This document shows, in pieces, positions 50,114-58,464 of a DNA stretch of 64,000 nt. The DNA lies in IMG/VR virus record IMGVR_UViG_3300032323_002843, positions 1-64,000 of that record. One strand, written 5' to 3'. Numbering within the stretch: position 1 is the stretch's first letter; the number at the start of each line of letters is the position of its first letter. Made by a program: the position numbers and the translations under genes. The DNA comes from a virus. The notes under the pieces were generated by a model that saw only the letters and a program-made list of their open reading frames with translations, made no database searches and was not told the origin of the DNA.

Positions 50114-51316
50114 TTATTGTCCCTTAACTGGGAAACGTGTCCATCCATTTATCCATGTTGGTTTAGATATAGTTTCCATTTCAGCTTTAGTATAGCTTAC
50201 TTCTTTGTTACCTTGTGATAATGCTTTTATTTTTATATCAGCAGCGGTAAACACTGTAGATGTAGATCTAAAGTTTAATAATGGGTCGAATGACTGTACT
50301 TCATTATTTTCAAACTTACTAATACCATCTTTATAAGCTTGTGCTGTTTCATTTGATTCAATACTAAATCCACCTTTTTGATATCCTAATATTTTAGAAT
50401 TAGTCATTGTAAACTGTGTTGCACGTCTCCATCTTAAACCTAGATTGTGGTTTGCTAATGAAGCAGCATCAAATGGTCCAATCAGTACCATACTATTTAA
50501 TTTAGGATGTGTAAATGGTTGAGCGGTTGAGCCTGTACCATCATTATCACATTCTATACCATTTCCAGCATCACCATTATCTACAAATTGTGGATCACGT
50601 TTTGAGATACTGTTTGTTATAGTTCCAGTATAACCAAAATCAAAATCATAATCATCATCTGCAGTAGCAAAAGCATATAAATTTTTAGCATTTACAGTAC
50701 CACCAAAAAATTCAAACGCATCATCGTTAGCATAAATAGTTTGAACATTCTCAATAATTGTTCCACTACCAACACCACCTAATGTTAATGCATTGATTTC
50801 GGAGTTTGGCATTGCTGCAATTCCAGCATATTCAATACGAATAAATTTTAAAACACCACTATTATCTAAATCATTAGTACCACCATAAGGACGACCAATA
50901 CCACCTTCGATAGTTGGTTCTGATGATCTGTTGGTTTTAGCACGGCCTAAAATTACAATACCACCCCAATCGCCAGGAGACCTCTCGCCGACGTTTTTGC
51001 CTGAGGTGAATATAATTGGTTTTGTAGCTGTACCTTCAGCTATAATTTGAGCCCCTCTTTCAATACACAGGGCACCTTTTTCAGCAATATCACTTATAAT
51101 AGTGGTACCTGGTTGGATGATAAGTTTAGCACCATCAGTTATGTAAACATATCCTTTTAAAGTCCATGTTTTGTCTGATGTTAATGTAATTGTTGTGTTA
51201 ATGTTACCGCTTAATGTTGTTGATGTAGGGACATTAATTGGTCCTTCACCTCCACCTAATTCTTTTTTGCAGGAAAATAGTCCAATGATAGCTAATAGTG
51301 TTAATAGCTTTTTCAT
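50114..51316 (-). CDS. Beta-helix lipoprotein of the type encoded beside TonB-dependent receptors
   Basis: Lipobox LFSC-KK; AEGT...PIIFTS, GDWGG, DNSG.L...RIEYAG, GVGSGT and DD.FEFFGG motifs. Confidence 0.85.
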   Translation of the reverse strand: MKKLLTLLAIIGLFSCKKELGGGEGPINVPTSTTLSGNINTTITLTSDKTWTLKGYVYITDGAKLIIQPGTTIISDIAEKGALCIERGAQIIAEGTATKPIIFTSGKNVGERSPGDWGGIVILGRAKTNRSSEPTIEGGIGRPYGGTNDLDNSGVLKFIRIEYAGIAAMPNSEINALTLGGVGSGTIIENVQTIYANDDAFEFFGGTVNAKNLYAFATADDDYDFDFGYTGTITNSISKRDPQFVDNGDAGNGIECDNDGTGSTAQPFTHPKLNSMVLIGPFDAASLANHNLGLRWRRATQFTMTNSKILGYQKGGFSIESNETAQAYKDGISKFENNEVQSFDPLLNFRSTSTVFTAADIKIKALSQGNKEVSYTKAEMETISKPTWINGWTRFPVKGQ

Positions 51317-53556
51317 AAGTTTAAGTTTAATGTTAATGAAATTATTTGTTCGTTGTTTGTTTTAATTAAATCACCTTTTGTTTTTTGGTAATAAATGGAT
51401 GGCTGCGCAAACACATCACTTATTGCCAGTTTAAGTTCACCTTTATTTATTTTATGTAAGTATACTACATCTAAAACGTTTCTAGAATTTTCAAATATAT
51501 CAGCATATCCTTGGAAACCAACTGCTGATATTCTATCTCCTACTCTATTATAAGTAATGTTTAATGTTTCTTTTTTCTTGTGTAAATTAATACCACCATT
51601 AATAACGTAATTAGATTGACCTTGCATTTGTCTATTTAATCCTTTTACATTTGAATTCATTAAGGATGTATTAGTATAAAAATCAAACCATCCATTTATT
51701 TTCTTACGAATTTCTATTTCAACACCATATAACACAGCAGATTCTGGGTTAGTGTAGGTTAGTAGTAAATTAGATGGTACTGATCCGTCTGCTACTATTT
51801 GTTCAATTGGTTTGATAAAATTTTTACCAAATAAACTTACAGATATATTTTCACCTGCTTTTGGATATAATTCCCATTTTAAATCTAAATTATATATGTC
51901 AGATTTTTCTAGATTAGGATTACCTAACAATTGTGCATTACGTACAAAATCATAATAAGCAAAATTAGCTACTTCTCTAAATTCAGGACGTGCTAATGTT
52001 TTACTTAATGAAAATCTATACTTTGTTTTTTCTAAATTGTAAGAAAGATTTAATGATGGAAGTGGATCTAAATACTTTCTATTTACATTTACTCTAGTAC
52101 CACTAAAGTCAGCTGTTTGTACATTAAATAAATTGTATTCTGTTCTTAATCCAGTATTTAATTTCCATTTACCAAAATCTTTATCATACATTACAAACCC
52201 ATTAGCTAAATCAAAATCAGCTGTGTATCTATCTGTATTATTAGTAATTTCATTTAACATATCAACAGCATCGTATCTGAATATTCTTGCTTGAAAGTTT
52301 CTTAAGCGTTTAACGTATCCACTTCCAACTTTAATATCACCAAAATCTTTACTAATGCTTCCATTAAAACTATTTTCATCCATTACACTCCAAAAACGAT
52401 ATGTATCTCTCCAAGCAACAGCATAAGGTTCATTTATACCTAATGATTTAGTGATTGGATTAACTCTATAGTCAGGTTGATCACGTAACATTAAATTATG
52501 TCCTAAATTAATATCCCATGTTTTAATTTTAGCATCAAACTGAGTGTTAATAGATGTTTTAATGATATTGTTTGAAGAATTACTTCTAACATTTTGTACA
52601 TTATCAAAATTATCACCATTACGAGTTAAATAAGATTCTTCAACTTGGTTATTAAATAATGTTTTTAAGCTATAACGATTAACTCCTAAATAAGTTATGT
52701 TTAATAATCCATTTAATGATTTTACATTAGTAAATGATGTGTCCTTATATTTGTAAGCTAATTCAGTTGATGATTGATAATCTTGTCTATCAATATAGTT
52801 TAATGAATATGAATTACGAGCTACAGAACTAAATAATACGTTCCAATTATTTTTCTTAACACCAAATGATAAAGCACCATTAGCATTAGGAATAGATATA
52901 AATTCTTTAGCTAATGGAGATGAAATTAACTTAGTATATGCTCTTTTATCTCCGTTTCCACTAATACGAAATTTGTATGTAGAAGGAAAATTAGATGGAA
53001 AATCAACACGTTTAACCAATTTAAAGTTTTGATTTGTAGATATTAATCCATATCCACTACCTAAACTTAAATTAAGAAATTTACTAGATACTTCTTTAGT
53101 TGATACTTGAATTAACCCACCAGCAAAATCACCTGGTAGATTAGCTGTAGATGATTTATTTACAACTATATTATCTATTAAACTAGAAGGTATAATGTCA
53201 AATGAAAATGCTCTACGGTCAGGTTCAGTAGAAGGAAGCAATGTTTTGTTTAACATTGCTAAATTGTAGCGATCAGCTAACCCTCTAACTAATACAAATT
53301 TATCGTTTTGTACCGTGACACCACTTACACGCTTTAAAGCATCACTAGCAGTTCTATCAGGTGTTTTTTTAATAAAATCAATTGATACACCGTCAGATAC
53401 AGCTAGATTATTACGAACAATGTTTATAACAGCAGCTTCAGTGGATTTTTTGCCTGTAGAACGAATTGTTACTTCAGACATTGTTTTATTAAATAAAGTA
53501 TCTTGGGTAAAACCAAAACCAGGACACAATAGTAATAGGACTAATATGTATTTCAT
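51313..53556 (-). CDS. TonB-dependent receptor
   Basis: Signal peptide; plug motifs DALKRVSGV, VRGL.DRY and GDFAGG; barrel motifs ARPEFRE, GNPNL and DLKWELYP; C-terminal alternating beta strand. Confidence 0.9.
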   Translation of the reverse strand: MKYILVLLLLCPGFGFTQDTLFNKTMSEVTIRSTGKKSTEAAVINIVRNNLAVSDGVSIDFIKKTPDRTASDALKRVSGVTVQNDKFVLVRGLADRYNLAMLNKTLLPSTEPDRRAFSFDIIPSSLIDNIVVNKSSTANLPGDFAGGLIQVSTKEVSSKFLNLSLGSGYGLISTNQNFKLVKRVDFPSNFPSTYKFRISGNGDKRAYTKLISSPLAKEFISIPNANGALSFGVKKNNWNVLFSSVARNSYSLNYIDRQDYQSSTELAYKYKDTSFTNVKSLNGLLNITYLGVNRYSLKTLFNNQVEESYLTRNGDNFDNVQNVRSNSSNNIIKTSINTQFDAKIKTWDINLGHNLMLRDQPDYRVNPITKSLGINEPYAVAWRDTYRFWSVMDENSFNGSISKDFGDIKVGSGYVKRLRNFQARIFRYDAVDMLNEITNNTDRYTADFDLANGFVMYDKDFGKWKLNTGLRTEYNLFNVQTADFSGTRVNVNRKYLDPLPSLNLSYNLEKTKYRFSLSKTLARPEFREVANFAYYDFVRNAQLLGNPNLEKSDIYNLDLKWELYPKAGENISVSLFGKNFIKPIEQIVADGSVPSNLLLTYTNPESAVLYGVEIEIRKKINGWFDFYTNTSLMNSNVKGLNRQMQGQSNYVINGGINLHKKKETLNITYNRVGDRISAVGFQGYADIFENSRNVLDVVYLHKINKGELKLAISDVFAQPSIYYQKTKGDLIKTNNEQIISLTLNLNL

Positions 53557-53583
53557 TAAATGAATTTAATTCACTTATACGTA

Positions 53584-54369
53584 TTATTCTTTTATTTTAA
53601 CACTTGTTGGTAATAATTCCGTCATAGGTTTAAAATCTGGGTTTTCTAGTTTATATATTTCGTATATATTTTTAAACATTTTAAAATTAGTTTCAATTTC
53701 ATTTACGAACTTTAATTCCCATCCTTTACCTTGTATCTTTCCGTTCTTTCCTTCACCACGAGTATTTGCTTTAACCCATAAGATACCTGTGTGAGTTACT
53801 TTCTCATCGTGTGTTTCATTCCATGCTTGAGCATAAGCAGCTAATTGTAAATCATAAGACGTATGTAAACTGTTCGATGTCTTAAGATCTAGTAACCATA
53901 TGTTATCAAACATTCTAACAACTAAATCCGCTGTACCAGCATATTTGTGTTCGTCTGAGAATAAATGATATTCTGTTGCAATTAATTCTGGTTTATGTGT
54001 GTTCCAAAAATCAGCAAAACGTAAAATCATTTTCCAAACCTCAAGAGAGTACTTAGCACTCCCATCAGGATAAATCCAATTTATTTCTTCTCCATTTAAA
54101 AACGCATCTACAGCTGTGTGTACTTGAGTACCTTCACCTGCTGCTTTAGATGCAATAATATCACTATTATGTCCTACATCTTTCAACCAAGAATGGAAAA
54201 ATTGATTTTTAGGGAAATAATTTAAAACAGATGTTACGGATGGATAATATTCACCATTACGTCTGTAGAATCTACTGTCTAAAACATTAACTTGTTTATC
54301 CCCTTCAGCGTATTCAACAATACGTTTGATTTTAGGATCTTTGATAATGTTTACATTTCTTTCGATCAT
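53584..54369 (-). CDS. PD-(D/E)XK exonuclease-like protein
   Basis: YPSVTSVL, GT.VH, YAGTADL, DLKTS and QLAAY motifs. Confidence 0.85.
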   Translation of the reverse strand: MIERNVNIIKDPKIKRIVEYAEGDKQVNVLDSRFYRRNGEYYPSVTSVLNYFPKNQFFHSWLKDVGHNSDIIASKAAGEGTQVHTAVDAFLNGEEINWIYPDGSAKYSLEVWKMILRFADFWNTHKPELIATEYHLFSDEHKYAGTADLVVRMFDNIWLLDLKTSNSLHTSYDLQLAAYAQAWNETHDEKVTHTGILWVKANTRGEGKNGKIQGKGWELKFVNEIETNFKMFKNIYEIYKLENPDFKPMTELLPTSVKIKE

Positions 54370-55307
54370 ATTAATTGTAATTTTTTCTCAAGCAAACTCT
54401 GTAAATTCAGAGGTTTTGTTTGCTCAATTGTGTTAAGAAATTGTTCAAAACCAATTTCATTAGCGTCTTTACCTTCCATTTCTACTAAATACACTTCTTT
54501 ACCATACGACATTAACTGTTCAGCTTGTTTTAAAGCATCTTTTCTAGCATCAGCATCTAAAGCAATATAAATACGATTAACAGAAGATTCGACTAATTTT
54601 TTCATTAGTTTATCATGTAATACTTTACCAAACAAAGGTATAACATTACGTTTGATAGTAAGTGCATCAAATATACCTTCAACAAGTATAATTGGTGCAT
54701 CCCAGTTTATATATAACTCCCATCCAATAACGTCTTTAGCGGATGTAGGAGGATTTTTATATTTTCTTAATGATGGTTCTTTGTAATCACGAGCAATAAA
54801 ATAATTTAGTTTACCTAAACTATCATAAGATGGAATAACAACACGGTATTCATATTTTCCTTCTTTACAAAAACCAATATTATATTTTATAACGTCGTTT
54901 TGTGTAATACCACGTTTTTTTAAAAATTTTAAAGCGTGTTTGGCTTCAATTTGAGCAATTTTATTTTCAACTTCGTCTGATAGTGAAATAAATTCTTTAG
55001 GTAATTCAAGAGCGCCTTGTGCAACGTGTTCTTCTTTTTTAGAAGGAACAATTAAAATATTTAATTCAGCTATTTTATTTTGTGGTGCTTTAATTTTCTT
55101 AAATAATGTAAGCAATGTTTTACCCTTAGCACCACATACCCAACAATGCCAGAAATTTTCACGTTTTGATGTTGTACGTAAACTAATTTCCATCTTATTT
55201 TTGTGATGAGTACAGAATGGACATTTAAAAGCATAATTGCCTTTACTAGTTGATTGTCCTTTACCTAGCACTGATTCGACTAGGAATAATAGAGCTGTAT
55301 TATCCAT
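54366..55307 (-). CDS. DNA primase (Zn finger plus TOPRIM)
   Basis: CPFC...HCWVC, LVEGIFD, ALDADA and KDANE motifs. Confidence 0.9.
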   Translation of the reverse strand: MDNTALLFLVESVLGKGQSTSKGNYAFKCPFCTHHKNKMEISLRTTSKRENFWHCWVCGAKGKTLLTLFKKIKAPQNKIAELNILIVPSKKEEHVAQGALELPKEFISLSDEVENKIAQIEAKHALKFLKKRGITQNDVIKYNIGFCKEGKYEYRVVIPSYDSLGKLNYFIARDYKEPSLRKYKNPPTSAKDVIGWELYINWDAPIILVEGIFDALTIKRNVIPLFGKVLHDKLMKKLVESSVNRIYIALDADARKDALKQAEQLMSYGKEVYLVEMEGKDANEIGFEQFLNTIEQTKPLNLQSLLEKKLQLI

Positions 55308-55312
55308 AACCT

Positions 55313-55343
55313 GTAATATACGAAATAATTTTGCCTATAACAA
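55313..55343 (-). promoter_or_regulatory. Bacteroidota sigmaA-type promoter
   Basis: TTG-N20-TATATTAC-AGGTT-ATG upstream of primase. Confidence 0.5.
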
Positions 55344-55766
55344 GTCTTTGGTAAAAAATTTACCTAATATATTATCGTTATAGGATCTATGACTACCAAT
55401 TAGAACTTCTTCTTTACACTGGTAGTGCATTTCGTAGTATGTTAGTTGTTTTTTAGTTGCGCACTGCTTATATATCCAACATTGGAAATTTTTTTCACCA
55501 TGTTCTTTAATATCAGCGAGTAATTGCTTATTAGAACCCCAATATGTTTTCCAATCGCTTTCAACACGAATAATTTCGTGAGTTGGTTTGCGACCTGGTC
55601 CTGTTTGTTCTGCTAGTTGTTTTTTGGTAAGCTTATACTTTTTATTATTCCAAAACACTTTTTTACCAATATAAAACCTTCCAGTTTTAATATTAGTAAT
55701 TTTATAAACAAAACCATAATATTTTTCGGGATTTATTACATCCCAACTTTTCCATTTAGATGTCAT
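55335..55766 (-). CDS. SegE-like GIY-YIG protein
   Basis: GFVYKITN...FYIGKK, ESDWKTYWGS and YNDNI motifs. Confidence 0.8.
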   Translation of the reverse strand: MTSKWKSWDVINPEKYYGFVYKITNIKTGRFYIGKKVFWNNKKYKLTKKQLAEQTGPGRKPTHEIIRVESDWKTYWGSNKQLLADIKEHGEKNFQCWIYKQCATKKQLTYYEMHYQCKEEVLIGSHRSYNDNILGKFFTKDLL

Positions 55767-56115
55767 ATTTTACAACAAATGTCATGTCCGTATCAGGGGA
55801 TACCATAATTGGTTTACCAAACTTAGCCACAGCTAATAGATTATCATTATCATCGTATAATCCGATTTGAGTAGCATATGTGTAGAAATCTGAGCCTGTA
55901 GCAAAATCTCTTACAGTACTATCGATTGATCCTGTTAAAGTATAACCGCCATTTCCATTAGATACTATATATTGGCTGCCTGATATACGCAGTGTTGAAT
56001 TATAAGATAAATTATAATCACTGTCTTTTACTAAACAACGCACCTCATTTTCATAAACGGTATGTTCGTTTTTGAATGATACTGTAAAAGAACCTGTATG
56101 TACTACTGCTGGCAT
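55756..56115 (-). CDS. Structural protein; apparent C-terminal half of a split baseplate/tail gene
   Basis: YATQIGLYDDNDNLLAVAKFGKP aligns with FPTAVGMYNDNNELLAIAKLSQP at the C-terminus of 59842..60855. Confidence 0.75.
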   Translation of the reverse strand: MPAVVHTGSFTVSFKNEHTVYENEVRCLVKDSDYNLSYNSTLRISGSQYIVSNGNGGYTLTGSIDSTVRDFATGSDFYTYATQIGLYDDNDNLLAVAKFGKPIMVSPDTDMTFVVKYDI

Positions 56116-56735
56116 GGATATAAATATTTATCTAGATTATCTTTCCAAAGAAATTTAGTTACATGTTCATTGTAGTTAGGTTGGTAAAAATATGGACTAT
56201 CTTTAGGAGTTAAAATAACATGATTATTGGATTCCATAGCTAAAAAAAGATCTGTAAATTCCCCTTTTTCTAAAGCCATAGTAGATATGTCCGCTAGTGT
56301 TTGAGCAGACTCAGCATTTGGAACAATGATAACCCCTGGTGCTAATACGTTATATGCTCTATAGTAAAAATCATCATATTCTTCTAATCGAATAGGAGCT
56401 TTCATTCCTCCGCATTCATATGTACTACCAGACCATATTATAGCCAATATATTGTCAGGAATATAGAATTCTTCAGGAGGATTAACAAATACGGCTGAAT
56501 CATCTTCCATATAAATAAAAGGGAATATGTTTATCTTTATTGATTCCTTCATTAGGTTAATAAAATCAATGCTCATTCCGTTTTGTCTAGGATGAGTTTT
56601 TGTATTATAAGGGACTCTATTATATTTTAATCCTAATTCTTTACATTGGTTTTCAATAAATTCTTTTTCTCTAGTATAAAATTCATTATTAGGATAATAA
56701 CCATGAATATCTTTAAATTTTATTATTGTAGACAT
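56103..56735 (-). CDS. Glycosyltransferase, GT25-like
   Basis: PFIYMEDD, R.YNVLA, D..LA and P.FYQ pattern of phage GT-A/GT25-like enzymes. Confidence 0.55.
   Translation of the reverse strand: MSTIIKFKDIHGYYPNNEFYTREKEFIENQCKELGLKYNRVPYNTKTHPRQNGMSIDFINLMKESIKINIFPFIYMEDDSAVFVNPPEEFYIPDNILAIIWSGSTYECGGMKAPIRLEEYDDFYYRAYNVLAPGVIIVPNAESAQTLADISTMALEKGEFTDLFLAMESNNHVILTPKDSPYFYQPNYNEHVTKFLWKDNLDKYLYPCQQ
56120..56127 (-). promoter_or_regulatory. Putative late promoter motif for the split C-terminal gene
   Basis: ATATTTAT-ATCC-ATG, the same context as the motif before ATG 27017. Confidence 0.6.
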
Positions 56736-57478
56736 ATTTCGTTATTTTGTATATTAATTAATCTATTTTTATTTTCTAATAAAATCTTTTTATGGTTATC
56801 TACATCTAAACCAGGATAACGAGTTTCTCCAATCCCACCTTTATCACTTACTCCAAACATAAATTTTTCACAAGGAACTGTATATGGAGGATTAAAATGG
56901 AAATAAGTATTTATATAACTTTCATCATTTACTCCAGGTTCGTAAGGAATTTTTTTATCTTCTAATTGCCATTCTCTAAGAGTAGTACAAAAATCAATCA
57001 CACGATCTTTTTTACCACCAAAAAATGCACCGTAGTGGTAAGTGTAAGGTAAAGGACTATCTTCAGGAACATATGCTTTTGATTGAGGATTTCTATCAAA
57101 ACCAGCTCCGTTTTTTAGCCAATCTCTATTACCATAATGTTCACCACCTACTAAGTCTCCAAGAAACCATTCGTCGGTAAAACCTGCATTTATATTAGTA
57201 TCAGCATCAAAATAATATAAATAATCACTTTTACAATTAGATAAATTAATTATATTTTTGAATTTTGAATTAGTACCATCTACCCAACTAGTATGTTGTT
57301 CATGATGGTATTCTACATCAATATTATCTGGTAGATATGGTTTAGGATCTGTATCTGAGAAGAAATAAAATGTAATTTGCTTATCACCTTTATAGTAATG
57401 TGCAAATCTTTTTACAAATCTAATTCCTAAAACAAAATATGCATTTGTAGCTAGTATAACGATTCCTATATTAGACAT
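56723..57478 (-). CDS. Glycosyltransferase family 6 (ABO/alpha-1,3-Gal(NAc)T-like)
   Basis: IGIVILAT..Y, FYFFSD, YLYYFDAD, R..QSKAYVP, Y.GAFFGG and DESYIN motifs. Confidence 0.85.
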   Translation of the reverse strand: MSNIGIVILATNAYFVLGIRFVKRFAHYYKGDKQITFYFFSDTDPKPYLPDNIDVEYHHEQHTSWVDGTNSKFKNIINLSNCKSDYLYYFDADTNINAGFTDEWFLGDLVGGEHYGNRDWLKNGAGFDRNPQSKAYVPEDSPLPYTYHYGAFFGGKKDRVIDFCTTLREWQLEDKKIPYEPGVNDESYINTYFHFNPPYTVPCEKFMFGVSDKGGIGETRYPGLDVDNHKKILLENKNRLINIQNNEICLQ

Positions 57479-58422
57479 GATTTCTGGGCTGTTTCTTTAA
57501 TTTCATTAAAATATAATTTAGAACAAAATTGTTCATCAAATGTGTCTTCAATATTGTATGGTAGTTGTTGTTGGTATATTCCTTTGTAAAAATGTTTTCC
57601 TGTTCCTGTCACACCAGCATTGTGAAATATAGTTGTTTCTTCCCATCTGTGTTTTGGGTCAGTAGCCCAACTAAAATCCATTTCAGGTACTACTTTAGTT
57701 TCGTTTCCTAACATCCATCCATTCCAAAGAACAGCCCACATATCAGCACACCATATTTGAAGTTCATGGTATGTTGGGTTTGCTGCTTTTTTAATATTAT
57801 TTAATTCAGTTATTTCTTTAAATAGTTTTTCACTATCGCGTTCAACAAATTCCCAGAATGCCCAATCAACATTTTTCATTAGATATTGAGCACCCCCTGA
57901 ATTTGAATTCATTAAGCGTGGAATTAATGGGTTCATTTTAGTAATTTCACACATTTTATCATATACATCTAATCCTTTAGATATGATATAATCATAATTA
58001 ATGTATGAATTTGTATTGCTTAAATACCAAATTTTATCGCTTAAAAACGCATTAAAATCAGGCTTACGAGTAAATACAATATCACAATCATGATAGAAGA
58101 TCGCCTCAGATTCCAATTGAGGATGCGCTTTAAAGTGCTGTTTTAATATATTAGGGCGTACAGACGAAATATAGTATATAGGTTGTTCTCTAGTATCTTG
58201 ATAAAAGAAGAAACGAACCTGATTGTAATGTGCTGCTAGTTTATCCCAAGCATCAACATTAGCTTGAACTGATGTAGTTAAGTCGTTTGGATTCCAAGCA
58301 ACAAGAATATCAATGTTGTTTGGGTTAATTCCATGTTTAATAAAATTATTAATCATTACTTCAACCTGCCAGGCATAATAAAGTAGCCTTGGTTGTACAC
58401 AAATGTAGCGTAGATTTTTCAT
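57466..58422 (-). CDS. Glycosyltransferase resembling HPAT/SERGT (GT95/GT96) protein O-glycosyltransferases
   Basis: YYAWQ, Y..SVRP..L..HF, YHDCDIVF and WCADMWA motifs in the order seen in those families. Confidence 0.6.
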   Translation of the reverse strand: MKNLRYICVQPRLLYYAWQVEVMINNFIKHGINPNNIDILVAWNPNDLTTSVQANVDAWDKLAAHYNQVRFFFYQDTREQPIYYISSVRPNILKQHFKAHPQLESEAIFYHDCDIVFTRKPDFNAFLSDKIWYLSNTNSYINYDYIISKGLDVYDKMCEITKMNPLIPRLMNSNSGGAQYLMKNVDWAFWEFVERDSEKLFKEITELNNIKKAANPTYHELQIWCADMWAVLWNGWMLGNETKVVPEMDFSWATDPKHRWEETTIFHNAGVTGTGKHFYKGIYQQQLPYNIEDTFDEQFCSKLYFNEIKETAQKSCLI

Positions 58423-58425
58423 AAC

Positions 58426-58457
58426 CTAATATAAGTAATTTAATTTATAATTCCAAA
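58426..58457 (-). promoter_or_regulatory. Bacteroidota sigmaA-type promoter for the glycosyltransferase trio
   Basis: TTTG-N20-TATATTAG-GTT-ATG. Confidence 0.5.
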
Positions 58458-58464
58458 TTGTTTA

